Of a stretch of 64,000 nt of DNA, positions 17,528-27,379 are shown piece by piece; position 1 is the first letter of the stretch; every line of letters begins with the position of its first letter. Made by a program: the position numbers and the translations under genes. The notes beneath the pieces are model-generated. The model was not told the origin of the DNA, ran no database searches, and saw nothing but the letters and a program-made list of their open reading frames with translations. Source of the stretch: a virus; the IMG/VR virus record IMGVR_UViG_3300032896_000001, positions 41,096 through 105,095 of that record; one strand, given 5' to 3'.

Positions 17528-19411
17528 GTGCCCTTCATCGTCGACGAGGGCGGCTCGGACGCGCTCCTCGCCGAGGACGGGAGCAGCCTCCTCGCCGAGA
17601 GCTCCACGCCCGGGCCGGGATGGCAGGCGGCCCGCACGGGCCTGCCCGGCGACGCCAGCGCGGTCAACTACCCCGCCCAGGCCGGCCAGTTCCTCATCAC
17701 CCACGCGATCGCCCCCGTGTACGCCGGGAACCAGATCGTCGCCTCGACGGGCGCGGCCGACTGGTCCGGCGTCCAGTGGGTGAGCCTCGGGGCCTCCGAC
17801 GTCGACCAGCCGTTCACGATGCCGTCCGGGTCGACCGCGGTCGGCCGGGTGACGCTTCCGCTGTCCCCGGCGGGGAACGGCGCCGACGTCACCGTGTCGC
17901 TGTGCGCGGACTCCGGCGGCGCCCCGGGCTCCGTCATCGTCTCGACCCGGGTCCCGGCGGCGCACCTGGCGCAGCTCGCCGCCCCGTCCGGCCTCGGGTC
18001 GGGCGGGCCGCTCGCGACCGCGCAGAGCAACACGATGATGTTCGGCGCCGGGACGACCGCCGCCTGGGCGCAGCCCGCCGTGTCGCTGAACGGCTCCGGG
18101 AACTACGCCGCGCCCGTCACCAGCGGGAACTACACCATCCTGCTCGCCGGGTTCGACGCCACGGCGTCCGCCGCCGTGGCGACCGTGGCGACGATCGCCT
18201 ACCTCGGCGGCGGCGCGATCTCGGGGCCCGTCCCGCAGCCGTCCGTGCCGCAGGCCGCGTTCCAGGCGATGGCCGCCGCCACCGCGGACACGGTCGTCTT
18301 CGCGGGCGGCACCAGCGGCCCCGGCCACTACTTCGCCAGCGTGTGGACCGCGTCGTGGGACCCGTCGACCGGGACGGTCGGGGCGTGGACCGCGCAGACG
18401 TCCCTCCCGGCGGCGGTCGTCTCGGGCGGCATGGCGGCGTCGGGCAGCACCGTCTACGTCGCCGGCGGGAACACCGCCGACACCGCCGCCACGTCGACCG
18501 CCGCGGTCTGGCAGGCCAGCGCCGTCAACGGGCAGATCCAGTCATGGGCGGCGGGCCCGTCGCTGCCGCAGGCGGTCAGCGGCCCCTACGTCGCGGTCGT
18601 GAACGGGTGGCTGGTCGTCGCCGGCGGCGCGAACGCCTCCGGGACGGCCGTCACGTCCGTGTGGTGCTCCCAGATCCAGGCGGACGGCTCCCTCGGGGGC
18701 TGGCAGCCGGGCCCGTCCCTGCCGGCCCCCGCCTACGCCTACTCGCCCGGCTGGAACCTCGCCGTCGCCGGGGACGCGATGTCCGTCGTCGCCGGCAGCA
18801 CGACAGGCGGCGCCACCACCGAAACGCAGACGCTGACCGTGACCGCGGACGGCCCCGCCCCCGCATGGCAGGTCATGCAGGTCTACAACGCAGGCGGCCA
18901 GTGGCAGACCGCGGCCTACCCGGGCGCGGCCGGCGGGTCATGGGAGGTCTTCAACCTCCACCTCGCCACCTACGACACGGTCCCCCTCGTCCCCCTGCCG
19001 ATGATCTCCGTCCCGCTCCCCGCCACCGGCCTCACCTCCGGCGGGACCTACCACATCCTCTGCCACCAGGACGCCGGCGGCGACCTCAACGACTACACGA
19101 CGCTCGGCCTCGACCCGTCCGCGCTCCCCGCCCCGGCGCAGACCCGGCCGAACGCCGGCGGGTCGTGGACCGGGCAGCCCGACGGGTACGCGGTCATCGC
19201 GTCCGTGTGGGACCAGACCCCCGGCGGGCGGATCCTCCACACCTGGGAGGATTCAGGCGCGAGGATCACGACCATGGTCTACGCCGGGGCGGGCGGGCAG
19301 CTCCTCGGCCTCTGCGAGGCGACGGAGTTCGAGGACGGGACGATGCTCGCCGCCGTCACCCAGGTCACCTACACCGGCTCGCTCCCGGCCGGGACCGTGC
19401 AGCTCGCGTAG
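17528..19411 (+). CDS. Minor tail protein with Kelch beta-propeller insertion
   Basis: Repeated VYVAGG/LVVAGG...W..GPSLP Kelch blades between termini homologous to 16200..16922. Confidence 0.7.
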   Translation: MPFIVDEGGSDALLAEDGSSLLAESSTPGPGWQAARTGLPGDASAVNYPAQAGQFLITHAIAPVYAGNQIVASTGAADWSGVQWVSLGASDVDQPFTMPSGSTAVGRVTLPLSPAGNGADVTVSLCADSGGAPGSVIVSTRVPAAHLAQLAAPSGLGSGGPLATAQSNTMMFGAGTTAAWAQPAVSLNGSGNYAAPVTSGNYTILLAGFDATASAAVATVATIAYLGGGAISGPVPQPSVPQAAFQAMAAATADTVVFAGGTSGPGHYFASVWTASWDPSTGTVGAWTAQTSLPAAVVSGGMAASGSTVYVAGGNTADTAATSTAAVWQASAVNGQIQSWAAGPSLPQAVSGPYVAVVNGWLVVAGGANASGTAVTSVWCSQIQADGSLGGWQPGPSLPAPAYAYSPGWNLAVAGDAMSVVAGSTTGGATTETQTLTVTADGPAPAWQVMQVYNAGGQWQTAAYPGAAGGSWEVFNLHLATYDTVPLVPLPMISVPLPATGLTSGGTYHILCHQDAGGDLNDYTTLGLDPSALPAPAQTRPNAGGSWTGQPDGYAVIASVWDQTPGGRILHTWEDSGARITTMVYAGAGGQLLGLCEATEFEDGTMLAAVTQVTYTGSLPAGTVQLA

Positions 19412-19587
19412 GCATCTGACCGGCAGGCCGGGGAGGGGCGCGCAGCGGCGGTTTCTGCGGCTTCACGCCTCCTCGCCGCCGCCGAAGCGGAGCCGCGTCA
19501 GGCGGCGGGGCGCGCCCCTCTCCATCGCACGACTCGCCCGCAGGGCCCGGATGCGGACCGCCCGGAGCCGCCGCGAGGGAGGCGGCT

Positions 19588-20034
19588 GTGCAGTGGCTCC
19601 CCATCGCCCACGGGCTGGCCGCAGGCGCCGCGATCATCTCCCAGGGACCCGGGGCGTCCCTCACCCCGGCCGACTCCGCGAGCTCCAGCGTCGTCGGGTA
19701 CGTGCTGGGTTTCGGTCCGCTGGGGATCGTGGCCCTCGCCATGGCGTGGCTGCTCTACAAGGGCTGGCGGCTGGTCCCGCCCGGATTCGAGTCGTCGGTC
19801 CGCGACGCCGCCCGCGCCGACGCCCGCGCGGACCTGATCGCGGAGCGGGACCGGATCCTGACGGAGAAGCAGGCCGTCGAGGACCAGCGGGACGACGCCC
19901 TCACCATCGCCCGCGACCAGATCGCGCCGCTTCTCTCCCAGTTCGTCGGCACGACCTCCGCGCTGGTGCCGCTCCTGCAGGAGATCATCCGCGATTCCCC
20001 GGCCCGGCGCCGCAGAGGAGGCGCCGCCCCGTGA
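19588..20034 (+). CDS. Holin-like membrane protein
   Basis: TM segment plus coiled coil at the start of the lysis region. Confidence 0.5.
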   Translation: MQWLPIAHGLAAGAAIISQGPGASLTPADSASSSVVGYVLGFGPLGIVALAMAWLLYKGWRLVPPGFESSVRDAARADARADLIAERDRILTEKQAVEDQRDDALTIARDQIAPLLSQFVGTTSALVPLLQEIIRDSPARRRRGGAAP

Positions 20035-20282
20035 CCGAACCCGACGTGAGGGCCAGCGCGGAACGGGTCCGGGCCGAGGCCGCCGCGCTCCCGTCCGCGG
20101 CGGACATCCGCACCCTCGCTGACCGCGCAGTCGCCCTCGGAGGCACCCCCGATATGAGCCTGGACGAGATCCGGACGCTCGCCGACCAGGCCGTCGCGGG
20201 CGCCGAGCAGGTCACCGTGCTCCTGCGGCGGCTGTCGGACCTCCTCTCCGACGCCGCCCCGCCCGCAGGGGGTGGCCTGTGA
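20031..20282 (+). CDS. Hypothetical protein
   Basis: GTGA-coupled. Confidence 0.5.
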   Translation: MTEPDVRASAERVRAEAAALPSAADIRTLADRAVALGGTPDMSLDEIRTLADQAVAGAEQVTVLLRRLSDLLSDAAPPAGGGL

Positions 20283-20416
20283 GCGACACCGAGGTCCGGG
20301 CCGTCATCGGGGAGCTCGAGCAGCTCATGGAGGCGGTGCGCGGCAACGTCGCCGCCCTCCAGGCCATCCTCACCGACACGCCGGAGGTCACTGGTGACCA
20401 GCCCGCCCCAGCCTGA
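20279..20416 (+). CDS. Small hypothetical protein
   Basis: GTGA-coupled 45-aa ORF read manually. Confidence 0.4.
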   Translation: MSDTEVRAVIGELEQLMEAVRGNVAALQAILTDTPEVTGDQPAPA

Positions 20417-20948
20417 CCCGGACAGCGCGATCGGGACCGCGCAGACGCTCGCCGCCGCCCTCGACGGCATGGCGGAACGCCTCGCCGAGGTCAACGCGAG
20501 CAGCGAGACCCGCGACGCGCGCCTGACGAAGTACGGGCGGGCGAACCGGCATCGCATCTGGGTGACGTACGCGCTCCTCGCCGTCGACGTGGCGCTCACG
20601 ATCATCGTCGCGTTCCTCGCCGTGCAGGCCGGGAACGCGTCGAGCCGGGCCGAGTCCGCGACCGCGCGGGCCGCCGCCGCGACCGCGGCCGAGGCCGCCC
20701 TCCACACCGCGCAGGTCTCCGGGTGCGTCGCGGGCAACCAGGAGCGGTCCGGGGAGCTGGCCTTGTGGACCTACCTGTTCAAGGCGTCCAAGCCGGCGTC
20801 CAAGGCGCAGGCGCAGGCCATCGCGAAGTTCATGGGCCTCGTCGAGTCGACGTTCGCCCCCCGGGATTGCAGTGCTCTGTACTCGCTGACACCACCTAAG
20901 CAGCGGGGATTACAGTCCGGTCGGCATTCCATGCCTTCCCTATCTTGA
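20394..20948 (+). CDS. Membrane protein of lysis cassette
   Basis: One TM helix; two C-terminal Cys (GC..GN, PRDC). Confidence 0.55.
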   Translation: MTSPPQPDPDSAIGTAQTLAAALDGMAERLAEVNASSETRDARLTKYGRANRHRIWVTYALLAVDVALTIIVAFLAVQAGNASSRAESATARAAAATAAEAALHTAQVSGCVAGNQERSGELALWTYLFKASKPASKAQAQAIAKFMGLVESTFAPRDCSALYSLTPPKQRGLQSGRHSMPSLS

Positions 20949-21243
20949 TGCGGCTGATCGCGGTCTGGCTAACGCCGTAGCGGGCAGCGATGTCAACCTG
21001 CCTCTCGCCTGCGGCCAGGGCGACGTGGATCTGCGCCACTTCCGCTTCGGTTAGCTTCGCAAAGTGGCACGCGCTCCCCCCGGGCCTCATGGTTACGGCG
21101 CGGCCCTGATGCTCTGACCTCGGCCGGGGAACGAGGTGTCGCGGGTTGCAGCACAAGCGGTGGGCGCACATGCCGGGCTTGCAGTCCCCGTCGCGTACGG
21201 CCTGGTTGTGGCAGTCGTGGTCGACTTCCCACCCGGTACCCAA
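20896..21243 (-). pseudogene. 5'-truncated HNH endonuclease with C-terminal HTH
   Basis: EVDHDCHN...HRLCCNPRHL, AKLTEAEV...IAARYGVSQTAISRI; N-terminal half missing, TAGAAT abuts the remnant. Confidence 0.6.
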
Positions 21244-21274
21244 ATTCTATCAGTGGCGAAGGGAGCGCAGGCCG

Positions 21275-21823
21275 ATGGCTCTCGATGACCGCGTGGTGGC
21301 CGCGCACGAGCAGGCCGGAGCGCACTATGAGCGCCGCACCCTGCGGGAGGTCGTCGCCTACCCGGAGCATGGTCCCCGCGAGTCGGATCCGCATTACAAG
21401 ATCTTCAACGCGGCAAAGCACCATCTCGTGCATGTCCTCGGCGTGGGCTGCTGGATAGGCGGCGCGACCCTCGCGCAGGTCAAGGCCGGGCTGCCTGACG
21501 GCCACCGCTGCGCGGGCGCGACGCAACTCGAGGCGCACCACGCCGTCGCGGAGTTCTCCGGGCTGAACGAGATCGACTGGCAGAAGGTCGCGAAGGACTT
21601 CCCGCAGGCGGAGCTGCACTCGGACGAGGATTTCCTACGCTTTGCGGAGTCAGAGGGCGGGCTGACCATAGTCTGCGACAAGCATCACAGATTCGCAGGT
21701 ACAGGAATACATTCCGTCACATATCCCGCGTGGCTGCTAGACCGCTATGCGCGCGACGATTGGGAGTTCCTGGCCCCGGCCGAGGCTAAGAAGCCAGACG
21801 CCGCCAAACGGCCCCGGGTCTAG
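21275..21823 (+). CDS. Conserved phage protein (HNH-like His/Cys motifs)
   Basis: YPEH.PR..DPHY, CWI, LEAHH, CDKHHR; GGAG RBS. Confidence 0.6.
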   Translation: MALDDRVVAAHEQAGAHYERRTLREVVAYPEHGPRESDPHYKIFNAAKHHLVHVLGVGCWIGGATLAQVKAGLPDGHRCAGATQLEAHHAVAEFSGLNEIDWQKVAKDFPQAELHSDEDFLRFAESEGGLTIVCDKHHRFAGTGIHSVTYPAWLLDRYARDDWEFLAPAEAKKPDAAKRPRV

Positions 21824-22381
21824 CTCGCGCCCGGCCCGCTTCTCGGCGACGTGAAGCCTGCGATGGGCGCTCAAACTCGGAAGCGCGATGAGGTTGGCCG
21901 GGCAGTTGTCGGCGCGGTCCCTGTTGCGGTGGTGCACCTGCTCCTCGGTCGTCAGCAGTCGCCCTAGGTGCTGCTCGGCGACGAGTCGGTGCTCGTGGAC
22001 GTAGCGGCCACCGTGGACAAGCTTTCCCTGGTAATCGTCCGGCGGGAGAACGCGCACGTAGCCGCCGCCGTCGACGAACCTGCCGCCCTTCCACTTGCCG
22101 GACTTCTCGCGGCGGTTCGGGCTGTCCGCCTGCGCCGCCGAGATGCGTTCGCGGTGAGTCTCGCTGCCGAACAGGCTTGCGTCCGGGTAAAGCCGGAGCA
22201 CCGAATAGCAGCTCTTGCAGAGCCCCTTCGAGAACGGCAGGCGCACCTGCCCGCACCGGGCGCAGGCGACCGGCGTTCCGTTCTCGTACCGCCAGCGGAC
22301 GTAACAGGGCGAGCACATCTTGCGCCCGACGAACGTCCGAGTCTTTCCGCAGCGAACGCACTCCCCAACAGTTCTCGGCAT
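21737..22381 (-). CDS. HNH endonuclease
   Basis: WKGGR...GYV...HRLVAEQHLGR.L...VHHRNRDRADN; leaderless TAGAAT-7nt-ATG. Confidence 0.85.
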   Translation of the reverse strand: MPRTVGECVRCGKTRTFVGRKMCSPCYVRWRYENGTPVACARCGQVRLPFSKGLCKSCYSVLRLYPDASLFGSETHRERISAAQADSPNRREKSGKWKGGRFVDGGGYVRVLPPDDYQGKLVHGGRYVHEHRLVAEQHLGRLLTTEEQVHHRNRDRADNCPANLIALPSLSAHRRLHVAEKRAGRELDPGPFGGVWLLSLGRGQELPIVARIAV

Positions 22382-22443
22382 GAAGTTAATTCTACATGAT
22401 CAGTTGGGCGCTGGTATTTCGATGAAGTGATCGGGGTGACTAG

Positions 22444-22852
22444 GTGACCTCCAAGAACCGCGCCTCCCTGCTGACCACGACCGAGCTCTACCACCTCGAC
22501 CAGGGCCTGCCAGGTGATCAGCCGGGCGTTCGGCGGCCAGTGCCCGTACCTCGTCGGCACGGCCGGGGTCGGCGGCGCGGAGTCGTACCGGGACGTTGAT
22601 GTGCGGCTCATGCTCGACGACGCCGAGTTCGCGACGGCGTGCCCGACCCGTGAGCGGTGGGAACTGCTCTGCCTGTCGGTAAGCGCCTACCTCGCCTCGC
22701 GCACCGGGTTGCCGATCGACTTCCAGATTCAGCGGAAGGCCGAGGCGCTCGAGAAGTTCGGCGACTGCCCGCGCAACCCGGTCGGGCTAGTCAGAGGCGG
22801 CCGGGTCTTCGCCGGGGGCGGCGACGGGACGCCCGACTGGGGGTCCTCATGA
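22444..22852 (+). pseudogene. Minimal nucleotidyltransferase-like protein, frameshifted near 22503
   Basis: PYLVGT...YRDVDVRL (GS/T + DxD); 5' part from GTG 22444 joins only if one G of caggg is removed. Confidence 0.55.
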
Positions 22853-22964
22853 GGGTTCACGTCTCTTCGAAGCCTGGTGCGCCGAGTTTGCGGGAGCTCG
22901 GCGCACCGGATTACCTCCCGCTCCCGGAGGCGGCCGGGCCGGTCGTGCCGCTGAACGCCGGGCC

Positions 22965-23675
22965 GTGACGACTTACTGGTGGGTCGACCGCGCGTTGCCC
23001 GGCATCGTCAACGGCGTCATCATGGCCGCGGCCCTCGCCGTCCTGCACCTGCTCATGCGCCGCTTCATCAGGCGGACGACCAGCGAGCAGACCGCCACGA
23101 TAACCGGCTCCGCGCCGACCAGACCCGGCAGCGTGAAAGAGGCGACGATGACCGAGACCCCCGCAACTGCGACCGCGACCCCGCCGCCGCCACGCAATCA
23201 TGGCGGCCTGTACGCGCACATCCCGCACCCTCACATCGCCGCCCGCGCCGAGGCGGGCCCGGTCAAGATCGCCGACCAGATCCCGCAGGCCGAGGGGAAG
23301 TCCGGCCTCCGCCGCTGGTACACGAGGGGCAACGCGTGGCTCGCGGTCAAGGTGACCGCCGGGGTCGGGTCCATGACGTGCGCCTGGCTCTTCTGCCTTC
23401 TCGCGATCGCCGGGCTGCCGACCGCGCTGCAGCCGGGGAACATCGGGTTCCTGTTCTGGTTCTCGAGCGACCTGCTGCAGCTGACGCTCCTGAGCGTGAT
23501 CATCGTCGGCCAGAACATCCAGGCCAGTGCATCGGACAAGCGCTCCGAGCAGACTTACCGCGACGCCGAGGCGGTCCTCGCGGAGGCGCTGAAGATCCAG
23601 GAGCATCTCGCGGTCCAGGATGACGTGCTGACGAGACTGGCCGCCGCGATGCAGGCGAAGGACGCGGCCTCGTGA
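22965..23675 (+). CDS. DUF1003-like membrane protein
   Basis: TAGVGSM...WFSSDLLQLTLLSVIIVGQN; start may be ATG 23148. Confidence 0.6.
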   Translation: MTTYWWVDRALPGIVNGVIMAAALAVLHLLMRRFIRRTTSEQTATITGSAPTRPGSVKEATMTETPATATATPPPPRNHGGLYAHIPHPHIAARAEAGPVKIADQIPQAEGKSGLRRWYTRGNAWLAVKVTAGVGSMTCAWLFCLLAIAGLPTALQPGNIGFLFWFSSDLLQLTLLSVIIVGQNIQASASDKRSEQTYRDAEAVLAEALKIQEHLAVQDDVLTRLAAAMQAKDAAS

Positions 23676-24532
23676 GCATCGCGACGGTCCCCGGCTACGA
23701 CGCGACCCACGGCAACATCGGGTCTCTCCCCTCGGGTCAGGCGATGGGCTACGCGACGGGCTCCCCGTGGGTGGTCTGGACGGGCGCCGACTGGGACGCT
23801 CACCCGGGGGCGCTGCGGGTCGACCAGGACCCGGACGCCGCCGACCCGACCGCAGACATCCTCGACGTCGAGAACGGGGCGGCTACCCCCGCTGACGCCC
23901 CGGGCTGGTACCGGAGGGCGCTCGCGGACTACGAGTCGGCTGCGCGCCCGGGCCAGCGACGGCCTGCGGGGTACGCGTCGCTGGACAGCGTCACGAGCCT
24001 CGTCAACGCGTTCATCGCCGGGGGCGTGACCTCGGCCGGGCTGGTGATCGCGGACTACAGCCTCACCGAGGCGGAGGCGGTCGCGCTGGTTGCGAACGCG
24101 TCCGGGCCGTTCCCGGTCGTCGGGGTGCAGTGGCGAGACGCAGGTCTTTATGACTGCGACGTCTTCTCCGTCCCGTGGCTCGAGGCGGTCTCCGGGAAGC
24201 CGGCGCCGTCCCCGCCCCCCGTCACGTACGGCCGCCCCAGGTCCCTGCGGGCGTTCGGCGGGAAGACCTCCGTCCGTCTTGAGTGGGAGCCGCCCGGCAC
24301 CCCCGGCCTTCCCGACCCGGCCGAGTACGCGATCTACATCTACGCCGGGGCGGTGTGCGACCGGTCGACGCTGGTCCCGTCCTACCCGCGCACGGCCCGC
24401 TCGTCGGCGCCGTGGGAAGGCGGGTCGCTGCCGCAGGGCGAGGCGTTCACCGCTCACGTCGTGGCGGCGGGCGCGAACGGCGAGAACGTGCGGCCGTTCA
24501 CGTACTCGACCGCGACTTTCTCGACCGGCTGA
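23672..24532 (+). CDS. Endolysin (GH25-like muramidase fold plus FN3-like domain)
   Basis: DILDVENGAA, RPAGY.S, VIADY, GVQW...YDCDVF; C-terminal VRLEWEPP..Y.IY. Confidence 0.7.
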   Translation: MSIATVPGYDATHGNIGSLPSGQAMGYATGSPWVVWTGADWDAHPGALRVDQDPDAADPTADILDVENGAATPADAPGWYRRALADYESAARPGQRRPAGYASLDSVTSLVNAFIAGGVTSAGLVIADYSLTEAEAVALVANASGPFPVVGVQWRDAGLYDCDVFSVPWLEAVSGKPAPSPPPVTYGRPRSLRAFGGKTSVRLEWEPPGTPGLPDPAEYAIYIYAGAVCDRSTLVPSYPRTARSSAPWEGGSLPQGEAFTAHVVAAGANGENVRPFTYSTATFSTG

Positions 24533-24587
24533 CCGTGACCGGCCTCAAGCACCCGCCCGCCGACCCCGAGAGCGGAGGCCGGGCGTC

Positions 24588-25997
24588 GTGACCAACTACG
24601 AGATCACCCAGCTGTCCGCGATCGCGAGCGCTTCGATCCTGCCCGCGGTGATCCTCCCCGTGGTCGACCCGAATGACACGTCGACCGCTCCCGCTGGTGC
24701 CGGCGGGTCGAACAAGCAGATGACCCTGTCGCAGATGCTCCCCGGCTACCTGTGGCCGTCGGGCGACACGACGGGGGCGAAGGACGCGGCGGCGATCAAC
24801 GCGGCGGTGTCCGCGCTGCCGTCGGGCGGCGGGGCGATCACCCTCGCCCCCGGCGCCTGGTACCTGGTCCCCGGGACGGTCACGATCAGCGTCGCCAAGC
24901 CGGTGTGGTTCCTCGCGTACGGAGCGACGTTCAACGCCGTCGGGACGACCTCCGGGCCGCTGTTCAACATCTACGACAGCAGCAGCATCATCCCCCGGAA
25001 CTACTCCGGCGGGGGTTTCCTCGGCGGCACCTTCTACGTCAACGGGACCAACGGGTCCTACGCGCTGCACGTCGGGGACATCTTCCAATGGCAAATCGAC
25101 GTGCGCGTTTTCAACAGCGCGGGGACCGCGGCGAAGGGCGTCTACTTCGATAACCGGTACTACTGGACCGAGGAACTCCGGGGCGTCATCTACACCGAGG
25201 GCTGCGAGGTCGTCTACGACAACTCGGCCGGCTCCGCGGGGACCGCCACCGGGTCGTTCGACCGGAACTCGATCATCCACAACATCAACAACGCGATCGG
25301 CGGGGCGTCGCCCGGCGTGTGCAACGGGGTTGTCCTGCAGGGCGGGGCGGTCATCGGCGACCCCGCGGGGATGATCATCCAGGGGAACATGCTGACGGCC
25401 ACCACCCAGTACGCGGTGCTGCTGTTCACGGGCTCCAACTCGCAGGGGTACTCGGGGATGAACAGCGGGTCCGTCATCTTCGGGGTGGAACTCGACGACA
25501 ACGCGCACACCGCCCCGTACACGATCCAGTTCGGGTCGACGTCGAACCAGTGGTACAACGGCAGCGGGTCGATGGACTTCGCCGCCGCCGCCTACTCATT
25601 CACCGCGAGCAACAAGAACGGGAACTTCACGTTCTACGGCCTGATCAAGGGCGACGCCAACCTCGCGTCCGCGACGAACAACTGGACGACGAGCTTCAAC
25701 TTCCAGGGCGGCATCGCCCTCGGCGACTACAACACCGCGCAGACGATCGCGTCGAACGGGACGATCAGCCCGGCCGGCCCCGGCTACTGGCCCGTCACCA
25801 ACAGCGGGGCGGTCACGGGCGTCATCCTCGCGACGGGCGCCTACTCGGGGCAGCTGCTCGCCATCGGGAACGAGGGAAGCGGCACGATCACGTTCGCCGC
25901 GTCCGGGTCGAACGTCGCGCAGGGGAACACCGCCGTCATCGCCGCGAAGGCATCCCGGACGTTCTACTGGGACACGAACACGAGCCTCTGGTACTAG
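24588..25997 (+). CDS. Tailspike/depolymerase (pectate-lyase-like beta helix)
   Basis: PSGDTTGAKDAAAINAA..LPSGGG.ITLAPG.Y; Asn/Gly-rich. Confidence 0.7.
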   Translation: MTNYEITQLSAIASASILPAVILPVVDPNDTSTAPAGAGGSNKQMTLSQMLPGYLWPSGDTTGAKDAAAINAAVSALPSGGGAITLAPGAWYLVPGTVTISVAKPVWFLAYGATFNAVGTTSGPLFNIYDSSSIIPRNYSGGGFLGGTFYVNGTNGSYALHVGDIFQWQIDVRVFNSAGTAAKGVYFDNRYYWTEELRGVIYTEGCEVVYDNSAGSAGTATGSFDRNSIIHNINNAIGGASPGVCNGVVLQGGAVIGDPAGMIIQGNMLTATTQYAVLLFTGSNSQGYSGMNSGSVIFGVELDDNAHTAPYTIQFGSTSNQWYNGSGSMDFAAAAYSFTASNKNGNFTFYGLIKGDANLASATNNWTTSFNFQGGIALGDYNTAQTIASNGTISPAGPGYWPVTNSGAVTGVILATGAYSGQLLAIGNEGSGTITFAASGSNVAQGNTAVIAAKASRTFYWDTNTSLWY

Positions 25998-26191
25998 CGC
26001 CTCACGCGGCCCTGGCGAGGGGTTCCCGGGCCGTCGGGGGCGCGTTCCGCCGGGACCGCGCCCGTGCGCCGCCATGAGCGCCGGAACCGGCGGCACTCGC
26101 ACAGCGGGCAGTCGGCCCCCGCCCGGTGGTGGCGGTGGGCATCGCGGTCATGACCGCAGCGGCAGGGGCGCGAGCGCAGCCGGGAACGCAT
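25994..26191 (-). CDS. Small Cys/His zinc-finger protein
   Basis: CRCGHDRDAHRHHRAGADCPLCEC; leaderless TAGATT-7nt-ATG. Confidence 0.55.
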   Translation of the reverse strand: MRSRLRSRPCRCGHDRDAHRHHRAGADCPLCECRRFRRSWRRTGAVPAERAPDGPGTPRQGRVRR

Positions 26192-26246
26192 GCCGCTAAA
26201 TCTACGGGGCCCGCGGGCCTCTCCCTGCTCCCGGAGGTGGCCGCGC

Positions 26247-27371
26247 GTGCCGACGACGATCGCGAGCATCCTCGCCGGCCGGAACGCGGGCCGGGTCGAC
26301 ATCCCCATCCTCGGCGACTCGGTGACCGAGGGCTACGGGGCCAGCGCGTTCACGACCCGGTACGTCGAGCAGCTGAACACGCTGGCCAGGCAGGCGTACC
26401 CGACGACCGCGGGCGGAAGCTCGGGCGGCCTCGGCCTCATCCCCCTGGCGCCGGTGATCTCGATGCTGTTCACGTGGCCGGTCGCGGGGGACACCGCCGG
26501 CGGGGCGATCGACGTCGGGCCGATCCGGTACTCGGTGTGGGAGTCGGCGTCGGAGGGGTCGGCGGCCCGGACCTGGACCGCCCCGGCGGGCACCACGTCG
26601 GTGAGGCTCATGTACTTCGACTCGGCCGCCGCCGGCACGTTCAGCTACCAGGTCGGCGCCGGGGCGGCGACGGACGTCTCCAACAGCGGCGCCGGGGTCG
26701 ACGGGGCGCTCACCGCGCCGATCCCCATCGGCGGCGGGGAAGTCCTCACCATCGCGTGGGTGAGCGGGAACGTGTTCTTGCACGGCATCGTCCACTACGC
26801 GGGCGACGAGGGCAGCGGGATCACGTTCCACGCCTGCGGGCACTCGGGGTCGACTGCGAGCACCGCGTCGTCCGGGTGGATGCAGACGGGCAGCGGCTTC
26901 GACTGGCGCCCGGCGATCGCGAGCCTGATCCCCGCGGCGGGCGCGTTCGGGGTGTTCCTGGGCCTGAACGACGCGAGCGCGTCAGTCGGGGACGAGACCG
27001 CCGCGCAGTTCCAGGCCGACCTGGAGAACATGTACGCCTACCTGCGGGGCAACGCGGCCCTCGCGAGCCTGCCGCTCCTGGCGGTGGTCCCCTACGACGC
27101 CGGGATCACCTACGCCGACGCGGGCGGCTACCCCGCTTACGTCGCGGCGGTCGAGGCGGCGGCGGCGCACGACGGCAACGCGCAGGTCGTCAACCTCGGG
27201 GCGACGATGCCGTCGTACGCCGCCGACCCGGCCTACTACTACAACTCGGTCCACCCCAACGACTCGGGGCACCTGCTGGTCGCGCAGATCATCGAGGGCG
27301 CGCTCGCGCCCCCCGCCCCGCCGTCCCCGGGCGCGTCGGCCGTCCCCGCGTTCCTGACCATGAGCACCTAG
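26247..27371 (+). CDS. SGNH/GDSL hydrolase (esterase/deacetylase)
   Basis: GDSVT, GHSG, GLND, VHPNDSGH blocks. Confidence 0.85.
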   Translation: MPTTIASILAGRNAGRVDIPILGDSVTEGYGASAFTTRYVEQLNTLARQAYPTTAGGSSGGLGLIPLAPVISMLFTWPVAGDTAGGAIDVGPIRYSVWESASEGSAARTWTAPAGTTSVRLMYFDSAAAGTFSYQVGAGAATDVSNSGAGVDGALTAPIPIGGGEVLTIAWVSGNVFLHGIVHYAGDEGSGITFHACGHSGSTASTASSGWMQTGSGFDWRPAIASLIPAAGAFGVFLGLNDASASVGDETAAQFQADLENMYAYLRGNAALASLPLLAVVPYDAGITYADAGGYPAYVAAVEAAAAHDGNAQVVNLGATMPSYAADPAYYYNSVHPNDSGHLLVAQIIEGALAPPAPPSPGASAVPAFLTMST

Positions 27372-27379
27372 GAGGCGCC

